A stretch of DNA of 36,714 nucleotides. It comes from Nemertoderma westbladi (taxonomy: Eukaryota; Animalia; Xenacoelomorpha). A program made the translations under genes and the position numbers. The stretch is from NCBI GenBank assembly GCA_032718475.1, contig JAUCBJ010003440.1, forward strand, positions 1 through 36,714. The letters are read 5' to 3'. Below the pieces are notes generated by a model. The model saw nothing but the letters and a program-made list of their open reading frames with translations, was not told where the DNA came from and did no database searches. Positions within the stretch are counted from its first letter, which is position 1. Each line of letters starts with the position of its first letter. Of this stretch, positions 1 through 11,560 are shown one piece after another.

Positions 1-526
1 CAATTATAACCAAGTCAGCAACTTCGGGTAAGATGAAAATAATAACAGTATTGCCCAATTAGACAATTAAATTACCATTATACTTCTTTAAGGGGGGGGT
101 ATAATAATTGGGGTCAAAAAATATAAAAAAAATTTTATACCCGTTTCTTGTAGCAAATTTTATGGAGATTTCAAATCTGTAAACAGTTTATTTCTAGCTT
201 GTCTAGTTTTCGAGTTATGGCTCATTATATAGACACGCATCCTGAAAATTATTTGAAAAAAATGACAAAAATTAACAAAATTTCCGGCTTGTTGCACTGA
301 AATCATTGTATTGGCTAATAAGTTATTACAGGTTGGAATGTATTTTAGCGGGAAGTTTAAAACGAGAATTTGCACATTGTTATGTTTTAGTTACTAACTG
401 TATGCTGTATTGGTGTTTCAATCAATGCAATCAGCAGTTTTGACGGACACAGACTATAGAGCGTCCTCCATCTTCGAATCGAAAATTGTACATACATCGT
501 TGACGATATAATTTTTATAATACAGT

Positions 527-2212
527 ATGCCACGAATAACTCAACAACGGAAAGCAGGATTTCGAGGAACCAAGAAACAAGATACCGGTACATTGAACCT
601 CGCGCATATGAAATCGATTTCAGTACCGGTACCGGTAGTGCCAAAAGATCGAGAACCGTCGCTAATAGCATCGAATCTGAATGTCCTACCCTCAGATGGA
701 AAGTTGGAGGGATATAACGTTGTAGCAACGCAAATAATAAAGAAACTGATAATGGAGAAACATGATGATAAGCAATGTGACGGTACAGTAGTGATAAATG
801 AGTCACATCGTGGTTATAGTACCAATTTTGAGGGGAAATGTTCACGTTGTGATTGGCAATATTCTACTTTCACGAGCGACCAAGTTTCTCGAACTGAACC
901 TCGTCCTGGAAGAAAAACAGCGGATGTGAATCTTCGTGCAGTACTGGCTTGGCTTTGTGTTGGTGGGACCCATGGTGATGCAGAGACGTTTTCTAGAATA
1001 ATGTCACTACCATCTCCTGTTGCGAAGAGAGCCTGGCAATTTCATGTCAACGAAATCTCGAAGGTCACGGAATCACTTGCACGAGGAAATGCAAAAAATT
1101 GTGCAATGAAAGAGATTGACAGGGAAATATGTATATCTTTTGACGGTACATGGATGAAAAGAGGCCATCAATCACTTTATGGTGCCGCGTTTATCATATC
1201 CGAAAATACAGGACATGTCATTGATTTCGATGTTTGTTCAAAATACTGTAATATTTGTAGCCGCAACAAAGAAGAAGATGGCAATGCTGATCATGAGTGT
1301 AATATAAATTATTCAGGGTCCAGTTCAGGTATGGAACCTCATTTAGCTGTTAAACTATTCAATAGATCCCTATCAAATAATGGTGTCATATATCAATCAA
1401 TGGTATCGGATGGCGACAGCAGCGTTATGAAGAACATATTGGAGTCCGATCCTTACAGAGAGCAGAATGTAACAGTGCAGAAGAAAGAGTGCCTGAACCA
1501 CGTTGCGAAGCGTCTATATACAGGTCTTTCCAATGCTCGCAAAACTCATAAACTTGGAGGCAAGGGAGGGTTGACTGATAGTCGATGTCACCAATTGCAG
1601 TCATATTACCGAAATACGATCGTGAAGAATATAGCAGATGTTGATATAGATAAACTCTCAGAGACTGAAAAATCAGTGCTCATAAGCACGATTCGAAGTG
1701 AAATCGTGGCTGCAACACATCACTATTGTGATTATGGAGATAATGTTGAGAAACAACATGAGTTATGCCCTGAAAATAAGTGGTGTAAATTCAAAAACAA
1801 TGCTATAAGTTACAAAAATGTAACATTTATAAAAGAGGCAAACATGAAGTTTATTTTACCTGTTTATGAACGCCTAACAACGAGCGAAATTCTGGAACGC
1901 TGTATCCCTGGCCTCACACAAAATCCGAACGAATCTCTGCATTCACGGCTATGGACTCGTCTATCTAAAGAAACGTTTGTGGGTCTAAGTACACTCATGT
2001 TTCATGTTTCGTATACTGTTTTAGTTCACAATCGGGGGTGTTCAGCAGAACAGATAATTTTGAAGAAGCTTGGCCTTGAGGAAGATGATGGTGACCTTGC
2101 AGAACGAGCAAAGAAGGTCAACCTAAAACGTAAACAGAAAAGTACTGAACACAAACCATCAAAGAAATGGCAAGCACCCGATCATAAGTCATATAAATCT
2201 GGGGCCTTTTAA
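527..2212 (+). CDS. DDE-type transposase, 561 aa (family commonly annotated as 'Mutator-like transposase')
   Basis: Uninterrupted ORF with motifs SFDGTWMKRGHQSLYG (first D), CSKYCNIC..H.C..NY.GSS.GME, SDGDSS (second D), KECLNHVAKR (CxxH) and TQNPNESLH (E), plus an N-terminal Cys cluster. Confidence 0.9.
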   Translation: MPRITQQRKAGFRGTKKQDTGTLNLAHMKSISVPVPVVPKDREPSLIASNLNVLPSDGKLEGYNVVATQIIKKLIMEKHDDKQCDGTVVINESHRGYSTNFEGKCSRCDWQYSTFTSDQVSRTEPRPGRKTADVNLRAVLAWLCVGGTHGDAETFSRIMSLPSPVAKRAWQFHVNEISKVTESLARGNAKNCAMKEIDREICISFDGTWMKRGHQSLYGAAFIISENTGHVIDFDVCSKYCNICSRNKEEDGNADHECNINYSGSSSGMEPHLAVKLFNRSLSNNGVIYQSMVSDGDSSVMKNILESDPYREQNVTVQKKECLNHVAKRLYTGLSNARKTHKLGGKGGLTDSRCHQLQSYYRNTIVKNIADVDIDKLSETEKSVLISTIRSEIVAATHHYCDYGDNVEKQHELCPENKWCKFKNNAISYKNVTFIKEANMKFILPVYERLTTSEILERCIPGLTQNPNESLHSRLWTRLSKETFVGLSTLMFHVSYTVLVHNRGCSAEQIILKKLGLEEDDGDLAERAKKVNLKRKQKSTEHKPSKKWQAPDHKSYKSGAF

Positions 2213-2551
2213 TTAACTTTTTAAATTTCATTTTAAATTTTTAAATTTAATTTTAATTAATGAATATTAATATAGTGCCTAATTTGAATTATTATTTTTT
2301 ATTGATTTCAGTTTTTTGTTCAAATTTTGTCAAAAAATTCACACCCTTTAACATGTCTTTTATATGAAATAATATGACCTTAAGATTAACATGCGATAAT
2401 AATACAATTTTTGGAATCTACATAAAATTTGGAACTAGATGAAAAAAATTTTATTAGAATTCACTGAGTTTATCTCATTTAATCGAAATTTCAAAAATTT
2501 AACTTCATAATAAAATAAACAAACTTTAACTTTAAACCTGTTTTTCTCCAA

Positions 2552-2881
2552 TTAGCATTTTTCAAACGAAAAATGCTAAGGCTCTGTCAAAAATGGCCCA
2601 AATGTGCTGATTTTTTGCATGATCGATGATTGTGGGGTCCTTTACAAAATGCATTGACAAAATTTTGATATTTTTTTAAAAACTCAATTTTTTCGAAAAA
2701 TTGGGCCAAATTTTTGAAATTTTGGTCATTTTTTGGACCAAAAATGTCCCTTTTGGTGCTTTTTGCTCTTCTCGACAAGATATCAAAATTTTGTCAATGC
2801 AAATCGTTTGGGACGTCCTACTGACTTTCTCACGTGAGTTTTGAAGTATTTGGATAATTTGGCTAGAAGCCTTAGCATTTT
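2552..2881. repeat. Subterminal imperfect foldback inside the Kolobok-like element
   Basis: Perfect 22-bp inverted pair 2650-2671/2780-2801 (tgcattgacaaaattttgatat); outer pair aaaatgctaaggct ~2570 / agccttagcatttt 2868-2881; small hairpin 2552-2579. Confidence 0.8.
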
Positions 2882-3659
2882 TTTCATTTTTTGCCTTTTT
2901 GGCAAAATTTTGGCGAAAAAATAAAATTTTTGAAAAATTTTGAATTTTTCCAAAATTTTAATTCCTTAGTCACAAAACTCAAAATATGACTCCTAGCAAA
3001 AAAATAATTTTAGATGCATCTATAGAGCGTCCAAAATTTATGGTCTATTATTATACCCCCCCCCCCCCCCCCCCCCCCCCCCCTTAAATAAAGTTATAAA
3101 TAAATCTCAAATTAACACATTTAGCCTATACAGCACAGTCTGGTCTGCGGCTAATGCTGTAATGGCTAATCAGATAATCACAGTCTAAAGCATTTGAGCT
3201 CTTGAAGGTAGACTATTCAAGTATCCAATAAATTCAAATATTGCCACATAATTTTAAGTCTCAATTAAAATAATTCACATAGGGAAGATAAATCAAATTC
3301 AGGCTAAAATTACTTAGTTTGGTGGCTCTAATAGAGATTCGGTCCATTATTACTACATATTTCCATTCAGGCCCACAATAACCTACTATTTTAGTACTGG
3401 GGTCTGATACGACCCCAATGATACTCTGCTTGGCTCAAATCCCATGGATGCCCGTGTGTTAAACCATACTGAACGGTCAATTCTGTATTTTCTAAAAAAA
3501 AATCGTGTTTAACAATATTGGTGGGAACTCATGCAGTTCAATAAAACTGTAACCTGTTCTGTTGTGTTTAGTTTATAGTTTTGGTTAAAATAACGTGCCA
3601 CTGTAACCCGCTCATTTCCTTAAATTGAGAATTTAACATTGAGGCGGGATATTAATTCA

Positions 3660-4734
3660 CCAAAGCGGGTTTTGCGTCCAGGTTTCCCTCCCCCCCCCCC
3701 CCCCCCCCCCCCTGTCTCAATTTTTGTGCTGTAGTTACATTCTTACACGCCTCTCCAATATTTTTAATGCTAAAAATTTATAAAATGACCCACCCCCCGG
3801 TCCGAAGTAAAAATACCCCGAGCCAGATAGTTTTAACGGTTATGGTTTTTAATGTTGTAAGAAAACCAAATTGTAACCTCTTAATTTCCCTAAATTAATT
3901 TACTGCTGGTTAGCCAAATTAATAAATTTGTAACTGGATGGTTATCTGTATTACCAATATTATTAAACTACGAACCTAACCTAAAGCGTGGTGCCAGAGT
4001 ATAGTTGCTGCAACCATATAGTGCATGACGCAAATCAATCATTTGTAACTTTGTTACGCCAGTGATAGTTTTAACTAGATCATGTAGTTTCTGTGGCTTC
4101 CAATCAATGTCTAGTTTTAGGATATTATTAAGTGACTCACAATTATTGTTTCTCCACAAATTTCCCGATTTACCTTTTTGGAAGGGCACACACACGTATT
4201 CGTAAAGTACATGTCTTACATATGTATTGAAATACTTCTGGAATACCGGGAACTTTTTAAAATACGGAGCTAATGACCCTGCTCTGGCCTGAAAGGTAAA
4301 TTAATCCAAGCTCCTGGCAAGGCCATCTTCTCCAAACAAAATGTCTTTACATTACACTTCACATGTCATTACACTTACTTGGGGATTTATTTTTCGTCGA
4401 AATAACTTCTTGCACCATTGGATTACAATTTACTGTAGAAATTAAGGCTAGAACTACATCTGTTACGTTTTTCAGTGGAATATCAACACCATATTTAACT
4501 TTGTCATGATATTTTTTGTCTCTCACCTGTTTAAATTTTCTTCGGGGCCATAAATGAATGATTTTCCACCATATCTATATATATATGGCGTGGCAGTTTT
4601 TCTGCTTGCATTCGTTACCTATATTTTCCATCACTTCAGGGGCCATGCAAATATATCCCTCGGATAGACTATATTTAGAATTACCATGCATGGAATTTCC
4701 AGGAAAGGTCCCATTATATTCAATGACACACACA
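3660..4734 (-). pseudogene. C-terminal part of a decayed MULE-type transposase, DDE core largely deleted
   Basis: Minus-strand fragments read IEYNGTFPGNSMHGNSK, PRNLKQV-like, NVTDVVLAL..VQEVI, then jump at ~4350-4380 to DILFGEDGL, WRNNNCESLNNILKLDIDWKPQKL and KPGRKTR. Stops and frameshifts throughout. Confidence 0.7.
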
Positions 4735-5360
4735 TTTATCTGAGAAATTATGTAGCCATCACGGATACTATTCAATTTTCTAATGGATATTGCGAATTAT
4801 TAAGTATATTTTTACATGACTTAGACACCATTATAATAGTATTGTACCAGCCACCAGGCTGCCCTACAACTGAACTCAAAGGTATCTTAAAAGTAATGGA
4901 CCAAATTTTAGGTACTGAAAAGTACAAATCGAGTAGGACAATTATCATGGGAGATCTGAATTTTCCAATTATTGACTGGAAACTATTATCATTAATTACT
5001 AGTACCAGCAGTACCTTGCTGCCGCAATAATCCAGGCAAAATTATTTTTATACTTTACCACTGGTTTTTATCGCAAATAGACGATAAACCAAAACGCGAA
5101 AAAAACATTATTGACCTATGTCTAACGAATGACGCTGATTTTAAGGAGAGTGTATATGTGTACCCATGTGTTTTTTCAGACCATAATGTAATTAACATAA
5201 GTACAACTAAACCTAAAGTCACTACACATCCAGGTCCCCACCACCATGCTAAGCCAGATCAAGACCACAAGGAGTATCGGAGGAAAAAGATGCCGTATCT
5301 AAAATTAAGTCGAACCCCAAATACTTATTCTCATACGCCAACCGGAAGCGCAAAGACAGA
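4735..5360 (+). mobile_element. CR1/L2-group LINE, 5' fragment (AP endonuclease, decayed)
   Basis: IYLR..SNGYCELL, VLYQPP, IIMGDLNFPIIDW, NIIDLCLTND and FSDHNVI endonuclease motifs, then AVSKIKSNPKYLFSYA; frameshifted. Confidence 0.85.
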
Positions 5361-7358
5361 GTTGTGTTGGACTGCACACAGAACTGCACAATTGATGTCG
5401 TACAGTGTAGTGTCAATCAACCTTTGAAAGGTTTGACTGGCATTACGCAGACCAAAAGGCATACGTGTGAAAAGAAAAAGTCCAAATGGGGTTGTAATTG
5501 CCGTTTTTAAGATATCGTTTTTAGCCATTGGAACCTGATAATAGGCCTTTTCGAGATCTATTCCTTTCGAGACTGAAAATCTTGCACCCTCTAAATTTAT
5601 CAGTTATATCCGCAATGTTTGGCATTGGATAATTATCGCGTACGTACAGTCATACTGTTCAATTTTCTATAGTCACCACAAGGTCGGATACTGCCATCTG
5701 GTTTCTTTACACAATGTAATGGTGTAGCCCATGGGGACTCACTACGTTTAACAATACCCTGTCGTAATAAATTGTCAAATTCGTTAGAAGCTGCTGATAA
5801 ACGGTCTCCATATAAACGGCGTGGCTTTGCGAAACAAGGTTGTCCTTCCGTTACTATATGGTGTTCGACAGAGTGATTCACAAATTCAGTAGCTAATTTG
5901 GGTTTGAAAACGTCGCCATACTTGTTCAAAATTTTGCTTAATTGTGGATTAATATCAGATGTGATACTTTCAACTCTATGTGATGTAATTAAAAACACAT
6001 TGGAATGCGAACTGGCATCATATACACCACACATGCATGGTACTGCGATAACACTTAATAAACAAAATAAATTACCTGCACTAAAGACTAAGTTAGACCA
6101 TATGGACTTGGACGAACATAGCCACATAATGGGAAATATGATATACTTAAACCACAATAAAAATAGTTCCATATTACTAGATAATGTACCGGTACCGTTA
6201 TTGGAGCTAGAAAATCTAGTTTTACTTGAAAATACACTATTCGTGTTGCCGTTATTACTAGGCGCACCTGATTTCCGTGATTCCCTAAATGTAGGTTCAA
6301 ATTTATTAAAATACACTGTACATTGTGCACAATCTATGTTCACATGAAAATATTTCAAAAAATCTAATCCGAGAATGGGTTGGATAACATCGGCTACTAA
6401 CCTCGGCAATAAATGTCCACTTAAATGTATGGTCGTCTAACTCAGAAACCGAAAATTCAAGCTCACCTTCACCAAAAATATTAATATTGGACTGATTTGC
6501 AGCTGTCAAAGTATGTGATGTTTTGGGTTTGAACTTGTTCAACAGACTAATATAAGATTGTGGTAAAATTGAGAAGTCACTTCCTGAATCAACAAGGAAC
6601 GTACCTACAGTATCTGATGATACATATACAGCATTAAGTGCACTGCGATTCCTAGAGCTACTAGTATAGTGGGGATGATTGCTCCGCTCTGGAGCCGGGG
6701 CACTGCAGTCGCTGGGGGTTGGCTGCCTCCAGGAGAAGGGCGGTTTACACTTGTGGGATTCCTGACCGAAACGATAGTGGTAGTAACAGAGTGAGCCATC
6801 CGGGTTGTAGTCGGATGAACGTCGGTGGGAGGAACCGCTGCGGCCGCGAGATTGAGATCGGCCCTGGTAGCGGCCGCGGCCTTGGTAACGGCCGCGATTG
6901 TCAGACAGAGAACGCAACTCCGTGGTTATCTGAGCAATCTGATCGGCTAACTGTTTCTGAGTGTTCAGGAGAGCGAGGTTGGATTCCTGTAATTGGGAGA
7001 TCTTCGCGATGTGAGAGATGGGAGCAGCTGCAGCAGATAAACCGTGGCTGGCAGACTGGTCCTGCTGCTGCTCCACCATCTTGTCGTCAACTTCAGCCAA
7101 CTTGTCGAGTGACAGCTCCCCAAGAGTGGAGAGGACGATTGAGACTGTCTCTGGTAGAATCTCAAGGAATCGTATGCGAATTAGTTTATCGTTGGAAGCA
7201 CCCGGTGCTAAACGTTGCATCTGTCTTAATGCCACCGATGGTTTTCTATCTCCCAGCTCATTAGAGACCAAGAGTTTGCGGAAACATCGTCCGTCACTAT
7301 CGGCTAAGTGGACTATAATGTTATGCTTAATGATATCGTAACTTTCGTCTAAATCTAC

Positions 7359-9014
7359 TACTAGGATCGGCATGCTGCATTGCAGCTGCATTTTTAAGAA
7401 TGCTGTGCCGGCTTGTCAACAAAATTGCACCGCCACAACTCCCTATCACCCATGACATTTGCTAGATCATCCGCATCTTTAAGGCCAGTGTCCTTTAAAA
7501 TGCGTCTCAAGAAAGTCATGGGCTGTCCACCATGCTTATTCACTCCATGAGGCTGCCAAAGTACAAGATTATGCACTGGCTGGTCCTCACGGCGAAAGCA
7601 ATGTCCTGCAAAGCGGAGGCGATTTTGTTCTAGTGTCAAGCTTGGGGGAACCAATGAGACACATCCAATGTTATATAGTGTCTGGTTGGAGATGTGTGCA
7701 TTGTACTTGACACAATGTACCCGGCGTAGCATTCTTGTGAATGTGCCATCCAGAGATTTGGTGTCCTCAGCAGTTAGAGCCCAGCATGGACTCCCGTAGA
7801 GGAGTACTGGAACTACTGCTGCTCTGAATAATCGGACCTTAAGTTTCCGATTAATTCTAGGTGACTTCCAAATCCTGGAAAGCCTATTCAAGGCTGCCCA
7901 TGCCTTTCCCTTACGTATTCGAAGGTCCTCACCTGACTTCCGGATCCATGATCCCAGGTAACAGAAGTCGTCCACATGCTCAAGCATACCATCCTTTGAG
8001 CTTATGCTCATCCGATCAGAGACTTGCTGAGGACTTTCAAAGTTAACTGTCAGAATTTTGGTCTTTCTGGAGTTAATAAAAAGACCAACACTAGAAGCAG
8101 CATGTTCTAATGAGCTGAGGAGCCGCTGGGCTCCCTGTAATGATTCTGAGAGTACTCCTAAGTCATCAGCAAAGTCTAGATCAGTTAGGTACTTGGCAGG
8201 ATTTCCTCGACTTCTGGAGCCAGTAGGTGGAGTTATCATCACCCCATCATCATTATGATGATCTAAGGACATGCGTAGAACATAGTCAACCACAATAATG
8301 AACAAGAATGGTGCAAGTGTGTCTCCTTGGAGGACGCCCCATAACACTTCAAATGGTTCTGTGTCACCATCAACAGTAGACACAAATGTTGTCGAACCAT
8401 CGTATACTGATCTGATTGCTGCAATAATTTCATCAGGAATCCCATATAATGAAAGTATGCTGAACATACGTGAGCGAGAGACTGAATCAAAGGCCTTGAA
8501 GAAGTCAACAAAGATAACAGCCAGATGCCTGTCTTTCTTTTTTGATAACTCTTCAATTATCCTTCTAAGTGCCAAAATGGGCTCCATGGTCCCACGACCT
8601 TTACGGAACCCATTCTGATTTCCACGTAGCAGTCTCTCAATGGGATCCCTGATGCGATTTAATAGAATTCTATTGTATAGTTTTGCAGCAATCGAGATCA
8701 ATGAGATTCCCCGAAAAGAACCATAGAGTGTTAGGTTGCCCTTCTTGGGAACTGGCACCAACTTATTTGTTTTCATTTCTTGTGGGACTCTTGTTGTACG
8801 GTACATGTCTACTATGATGGGATAGATGAGCTTTAAACACTCAGGTATTTTAAAGACCTCAGGGGGAACACCATCTACTCCACTGGCACGATTGGTCTTA
8901 ATGCTCTTTGCAGCAGCCTTCACTTCTGCAAAGGAGATATCGCCAATGGGAATATCTGGGAGTACAGACTCAGACACTTTTACTTCTATAAAGTTATCAG
9001 GCAATACCCTGTCA
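7359..9014 (-). mobile_element. RTE-clade LINE, 5'-truncated, 9-bp TSD
   Basis: TSD taaatctac at 7350-7358 and 9015-9023; short 3' UTR with (TAG)n tail. Removing the insert restores the gag frame AGVDL-DESY. Confidence 0.92.
7394..9004 (-). CDS. RTE-type reverse transcriptase, open 536-aa frame (endonuclease part missing)
   Basis: FRGISLIS, NQNGFRKGR, FVDFFKAFDSV, GVLQGDTLAPFLF, DLDFADDL, FCYLGS and RLRFAGHCFR motifs. Confidence 0.9.
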   Translation of the reverse strand: MPDNFIEVKVSESVLPDIPIGDISFAEVKAAAKSIKTNRASGVDGVPPEVFKIPECLKLIYPIIVDMYRTTRVPQEMKTNKLVPVPKKGNLTLYGSFRGISLISIAAKLYNRILLNRIRDPIERLLRGNQNGFRKGRGTMEPILALRRIIEELSKKKDRHLAVIFVDFFKAFDSVSRSRMFSILSLYGIPDEIIAAIRSVYDGSTTFVSTVDGDTEPFEVLWGVLQGDTLAPFLFIIVVDYVLRMSLDHHNDDGVMITPPTGSRSRGNPAKYLTDLDFADDLGVLSESLQGAQRLLSSLEHAASSVGLFINSRKTKILTVNFESPQQVSDRMSISSKDGMLEHVDDFCYLGSWIRKSGEDLRIRKGKAWAALNRLSRIWKSPRINRKLKVRLFRAAVVPVLLYGSPCWALTAEDTKSLDGTFTRMLRRVHCVKYNAHISNQTLYNIGCVSLVPPSLTLEQNRLRFAGHCFRREDQPVHNLVLWQPHGVNKHGGQPMTFLRRILKDTGLKDADDLANVMGDRELWRCNFVDKPAQHS

Positions 9015-9490
9015 TAAATCTACCCCTGCCTCAAGGATAGACTCAGTTGGAATGGCCGCCAGGATATTCGCTTTCATCGATACCGCACTTTGTCTGAGCA
9101 GAACCGCCTCTGCCTGCGCGAACCACACCCGAACATCTTTCGCATAAAATTCCTGCAATCGTAGTTTCTGATATGGAGTATTATGTGAAGGCGCATCGAA
9201 TGAACTGCTACCCGTAGCAGCTTCAGTTGCGCCCGCTTTCAGCAGAAACTCGACTGCTGAAGGGTTCTCTTTCATTAGAGCGTCGATAATCTCTGATTTG
9301 AGTTGCGGCGCGATGTACGTGTCATCGTGGCTATTCAGCCGCTTCAATGTTTCAAGCAGTTCGGCTTTCCGGAATGTGTTAAGATTCGGCATCTTGTAAA
9401 TTGTGGAGTATAGTTCGGAATTACCGGTATTTGCTGAATACTGTATAAATAGTCCTACTGAAAAACTGCTGAGTGCTGACAGGATCATCT

Positions 9491-9499
9491 GGGTCACCA
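9491..9499 (-). promoter_or_regulatory. Primer-binding site (tRNA-Trp-like)
   Basis: TGGTGACCC just after the LTR end; matches the start of the tRNA-Trp PBS TGGTGACCCCGACG. Confidence 0.7.
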
Positions 9500-9501
9500 A
9501 A

Positions 9502-9757
9502 TGTGGGCGCGAGGAAACAGTTTGTTACCGGTACACAGAAATTCTTTATTCCAATTTTATTGTCCAATATTAGGCATATGTATATTACTGATTACCGTCG
9601 CACACACAGAATGAATTAATATACATTACATACATTACATTACATACATTACATATATATAATAGCATGCCAGTACGGTAGGATGTCAAAGGTCAAACTG
9701 CCTGTGTGAATGGTGTAATCAATATGAAATATATTAGGAATGACAATGAGGGTTACA
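9502..9757 (-). repeat. Probable 5' LTR of the first Gypsy element (~256 bp)
   Basis: Minus strand begins TGTAAC and ends CCCACA, followed 2 nt later by TGGTGACCC. LINE RT homology resumes at 9758. No second LTR is available to confirm the boundary. Confidence 0.65.
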
Positions 9758-10820
9758 GGCAGCTCGGGTGCTGGTTGTGGAACTTTCTCTCAAACAGGAA
9801 GCAACGAATAGTTCTGAACGGAGCGAGCTCAGCCTGGAAAGACATTATAAGTGGAGTTATTCAAAGTTCGGTGCTAGGACCTCTCCTTTTTATCATTCTG
9901 ATGAACGACATCGACCATAATACAACAAATAAAATAACTTCCTTTGCCGATGATACCAGGATGTCGGGTCCAGTTACATCATCAACCACGGATAATAAGA
10001 TCCAAGAAGATCTTGCCACGATATACGACTGGGCCGATAACAATGGCATGGAACTGCATTGCGATAAATTTGAGTGCCTGCGCTATACACCAACACAGAA
10101 CCCCAGCCTAGACCAGGGCGTAAACTACACGTTTATAAATAGAGACACTGGGGGTAATGAATCTGTAATAGTCAATGAAGATGTAAAGGACCTTGGAATC
10201 AACATGAGCCATACTGGCAATTTCAAGATCCACATTGAAAGCACATGTTGAGACGCTAAGCAACTATGTGGCTGGATTCTACGTGTTTTCACAGTACGCG
10301 ACCCGCTAACAATGAAAACACTGTTCACATCTTTAGTACAATCTAAACTCTACTACTGTTGTCAGCTGTGGTATCCGAACAATAATATACACGAGACTCA
10401 AAGAATAGAAGAAGTACAATGATCAGTCACGAGGAGAATCCAAGGAATGAACAAGCTTAACTACTGGGAACGCCTTAAGCAATTAAAGATAAACTCGCTG
10501 GAACGGCGCAGGGAACGCTACATCGTCATTTACGTATGGAAGATATTGGAAAACCTCGTTCCCAATTTATCAAACAAACCAATCACCCTGAAATCTAGTT
10601 CGTGATGGGGTACAAACTGCCAGATTCCAACCTTACTACAAAATTGCAGATCAAACGTCTACAATCTGCACGAGAATAGCTTGCTGGTTACTGGACCGCA
10701 ACTATTTAACTCATTGCCAAAGGAAATACGAGACCTGACTGGCTGCAGTCTCGAAATATTTAAACTAAAATTAGATACATATCTGAGCAACATTCCAGAC
10801 CAACTGGGCTGCCCGGGGTT
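9758..10820 (+). mobile_element. CR1/L2-group LINE, 3' fragment (RT and C-terminus, decayed)
   Basis: WLWNFLSNRKQRIVLNG, SGVIQSSVLGPLLF, SFADDT, VKDLGI, YWERLK, SLERRRERY, GPQLFNSLP and LDTYLSNIPDQ; in-frame stops. acacacaca flanks the whole LINE (4726-4734, 10821-10829) and may be a TSD. Confidence 0.88.
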
Positions 10821-10829
10821 ACACACACA

Positions 10830-11556
10830 GCCTGCAGGAGCGTTCAGTGTTTTTTATCCGACATTTCTTTTTAAACAGAATTACAATCAGAATCAAATTA
10901 ACCTTTTTTAATTATAATATGTATTTTATTGTATTGTATATTTTATTTGCTCGCTCGTCGAGTTCTCCATGGTAGAGCTGATTTTCACTTCTAATGAATA
11001 CCTAAAACCATTTCAATAAACAATAAATAAACAATTTGAAATAATTTCGAGATTTCCATGTATAAATTCGAAACTCATGACACGCTATATAATGTTATAT
11101 ATGCTTATAATGTTTATTACTTTTCAAAGTAGCATAATACCTATTGATATATACATTTATACAATCATATCCACCAAAGGCTGTGGTTCCAGAGGCTGGA
11201 ATATTAACTTTCCATTTCGAGTAGCCATCGTGCCATAGAGACCATTACGAATAATAATAGATCTTAACGTTTTCTGACTGCTAGAATCACTTCTAGATTC
11301 AACAACGAGACTCAATTTTTTAAGAGAATTTGAAGACCAAACCCCGCAATCATCAGAGCAGTTAGCTCTTAATCCCAGGGTTTTCCGATTAATATTATTT
11401 TCATTATTAATAATAAAGAAAACATTGTTTTTGATACCAGAAGGAACACTGTCATATACAGTTCTGGTAAATGTATTATCCAGTACTTTTAAAATTTCAT
11501 CAATTTTCATAAAACAATCTGGTATGGGCAATGCCTCAATAACTTCTGTTGGTGCT
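10830..11556 (-). pseudogene. Middle part of the decayed PHD-OTU-MULE gene
   Basis: ORF 11157-11531: VPSGIKNNVFFIINNENN..SDDCGVWSS, a motif block seen upstream of the HGN/MULE region in invertebrate MULE-like proteins. The frame reads through the TTAA site once the MITE is removed. Confidence 0.55.
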
Positions 11557-11560
11557 TTAA

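Larger units (their letters stand above)
92..3083 (+). mobile_element. Kolobok-like DNA transposon, apparently complete, TTAA target-site duplication
   Basis: TTAA at 88-91 followed by G8-TATAATAAT; ATTATTATA-C28 at 3047-3083 followed by TTAA at 3084-3087. This gives short TIRs starting GG and a TTAA TSD around one intact transposase ORF. TTAA TSD with purine-purine termini is the Kolobok pattern. Confidence 0.8.
5361..9757 (-). mobile_element. Ty3/Gypsy LTR retrotransposon, 3'-truncated within RT, gag interrupted by an RTE
   Basis: 5' LTR and PBS at the right end; gag (WFAQAE, ELGDRKPS, CYYHYRFG); protease (FLVDSGS, ILGLDFL); RT (SPWATPLHCVKKPDGSIRPCGDYRKLN, KTAITTPFGLF..MPFGLRNASQTFQR). 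Ends abruptly at ~5390 before the YxDD motif. Confidence 0.9.

Noticed and set aside
160-845. Minus-strand ORFs as a second Kolobok gene
   Set aside because: They are short or antisense to the transposase, with no motif support.
3689-3836. Third piggyBac-like MITE end (aaataccccgagccagatagttttaa)
   Set aside because: It resembles the right ends at 12965 and 20423 but has no matching left TIR or TSD; too decayed to call.
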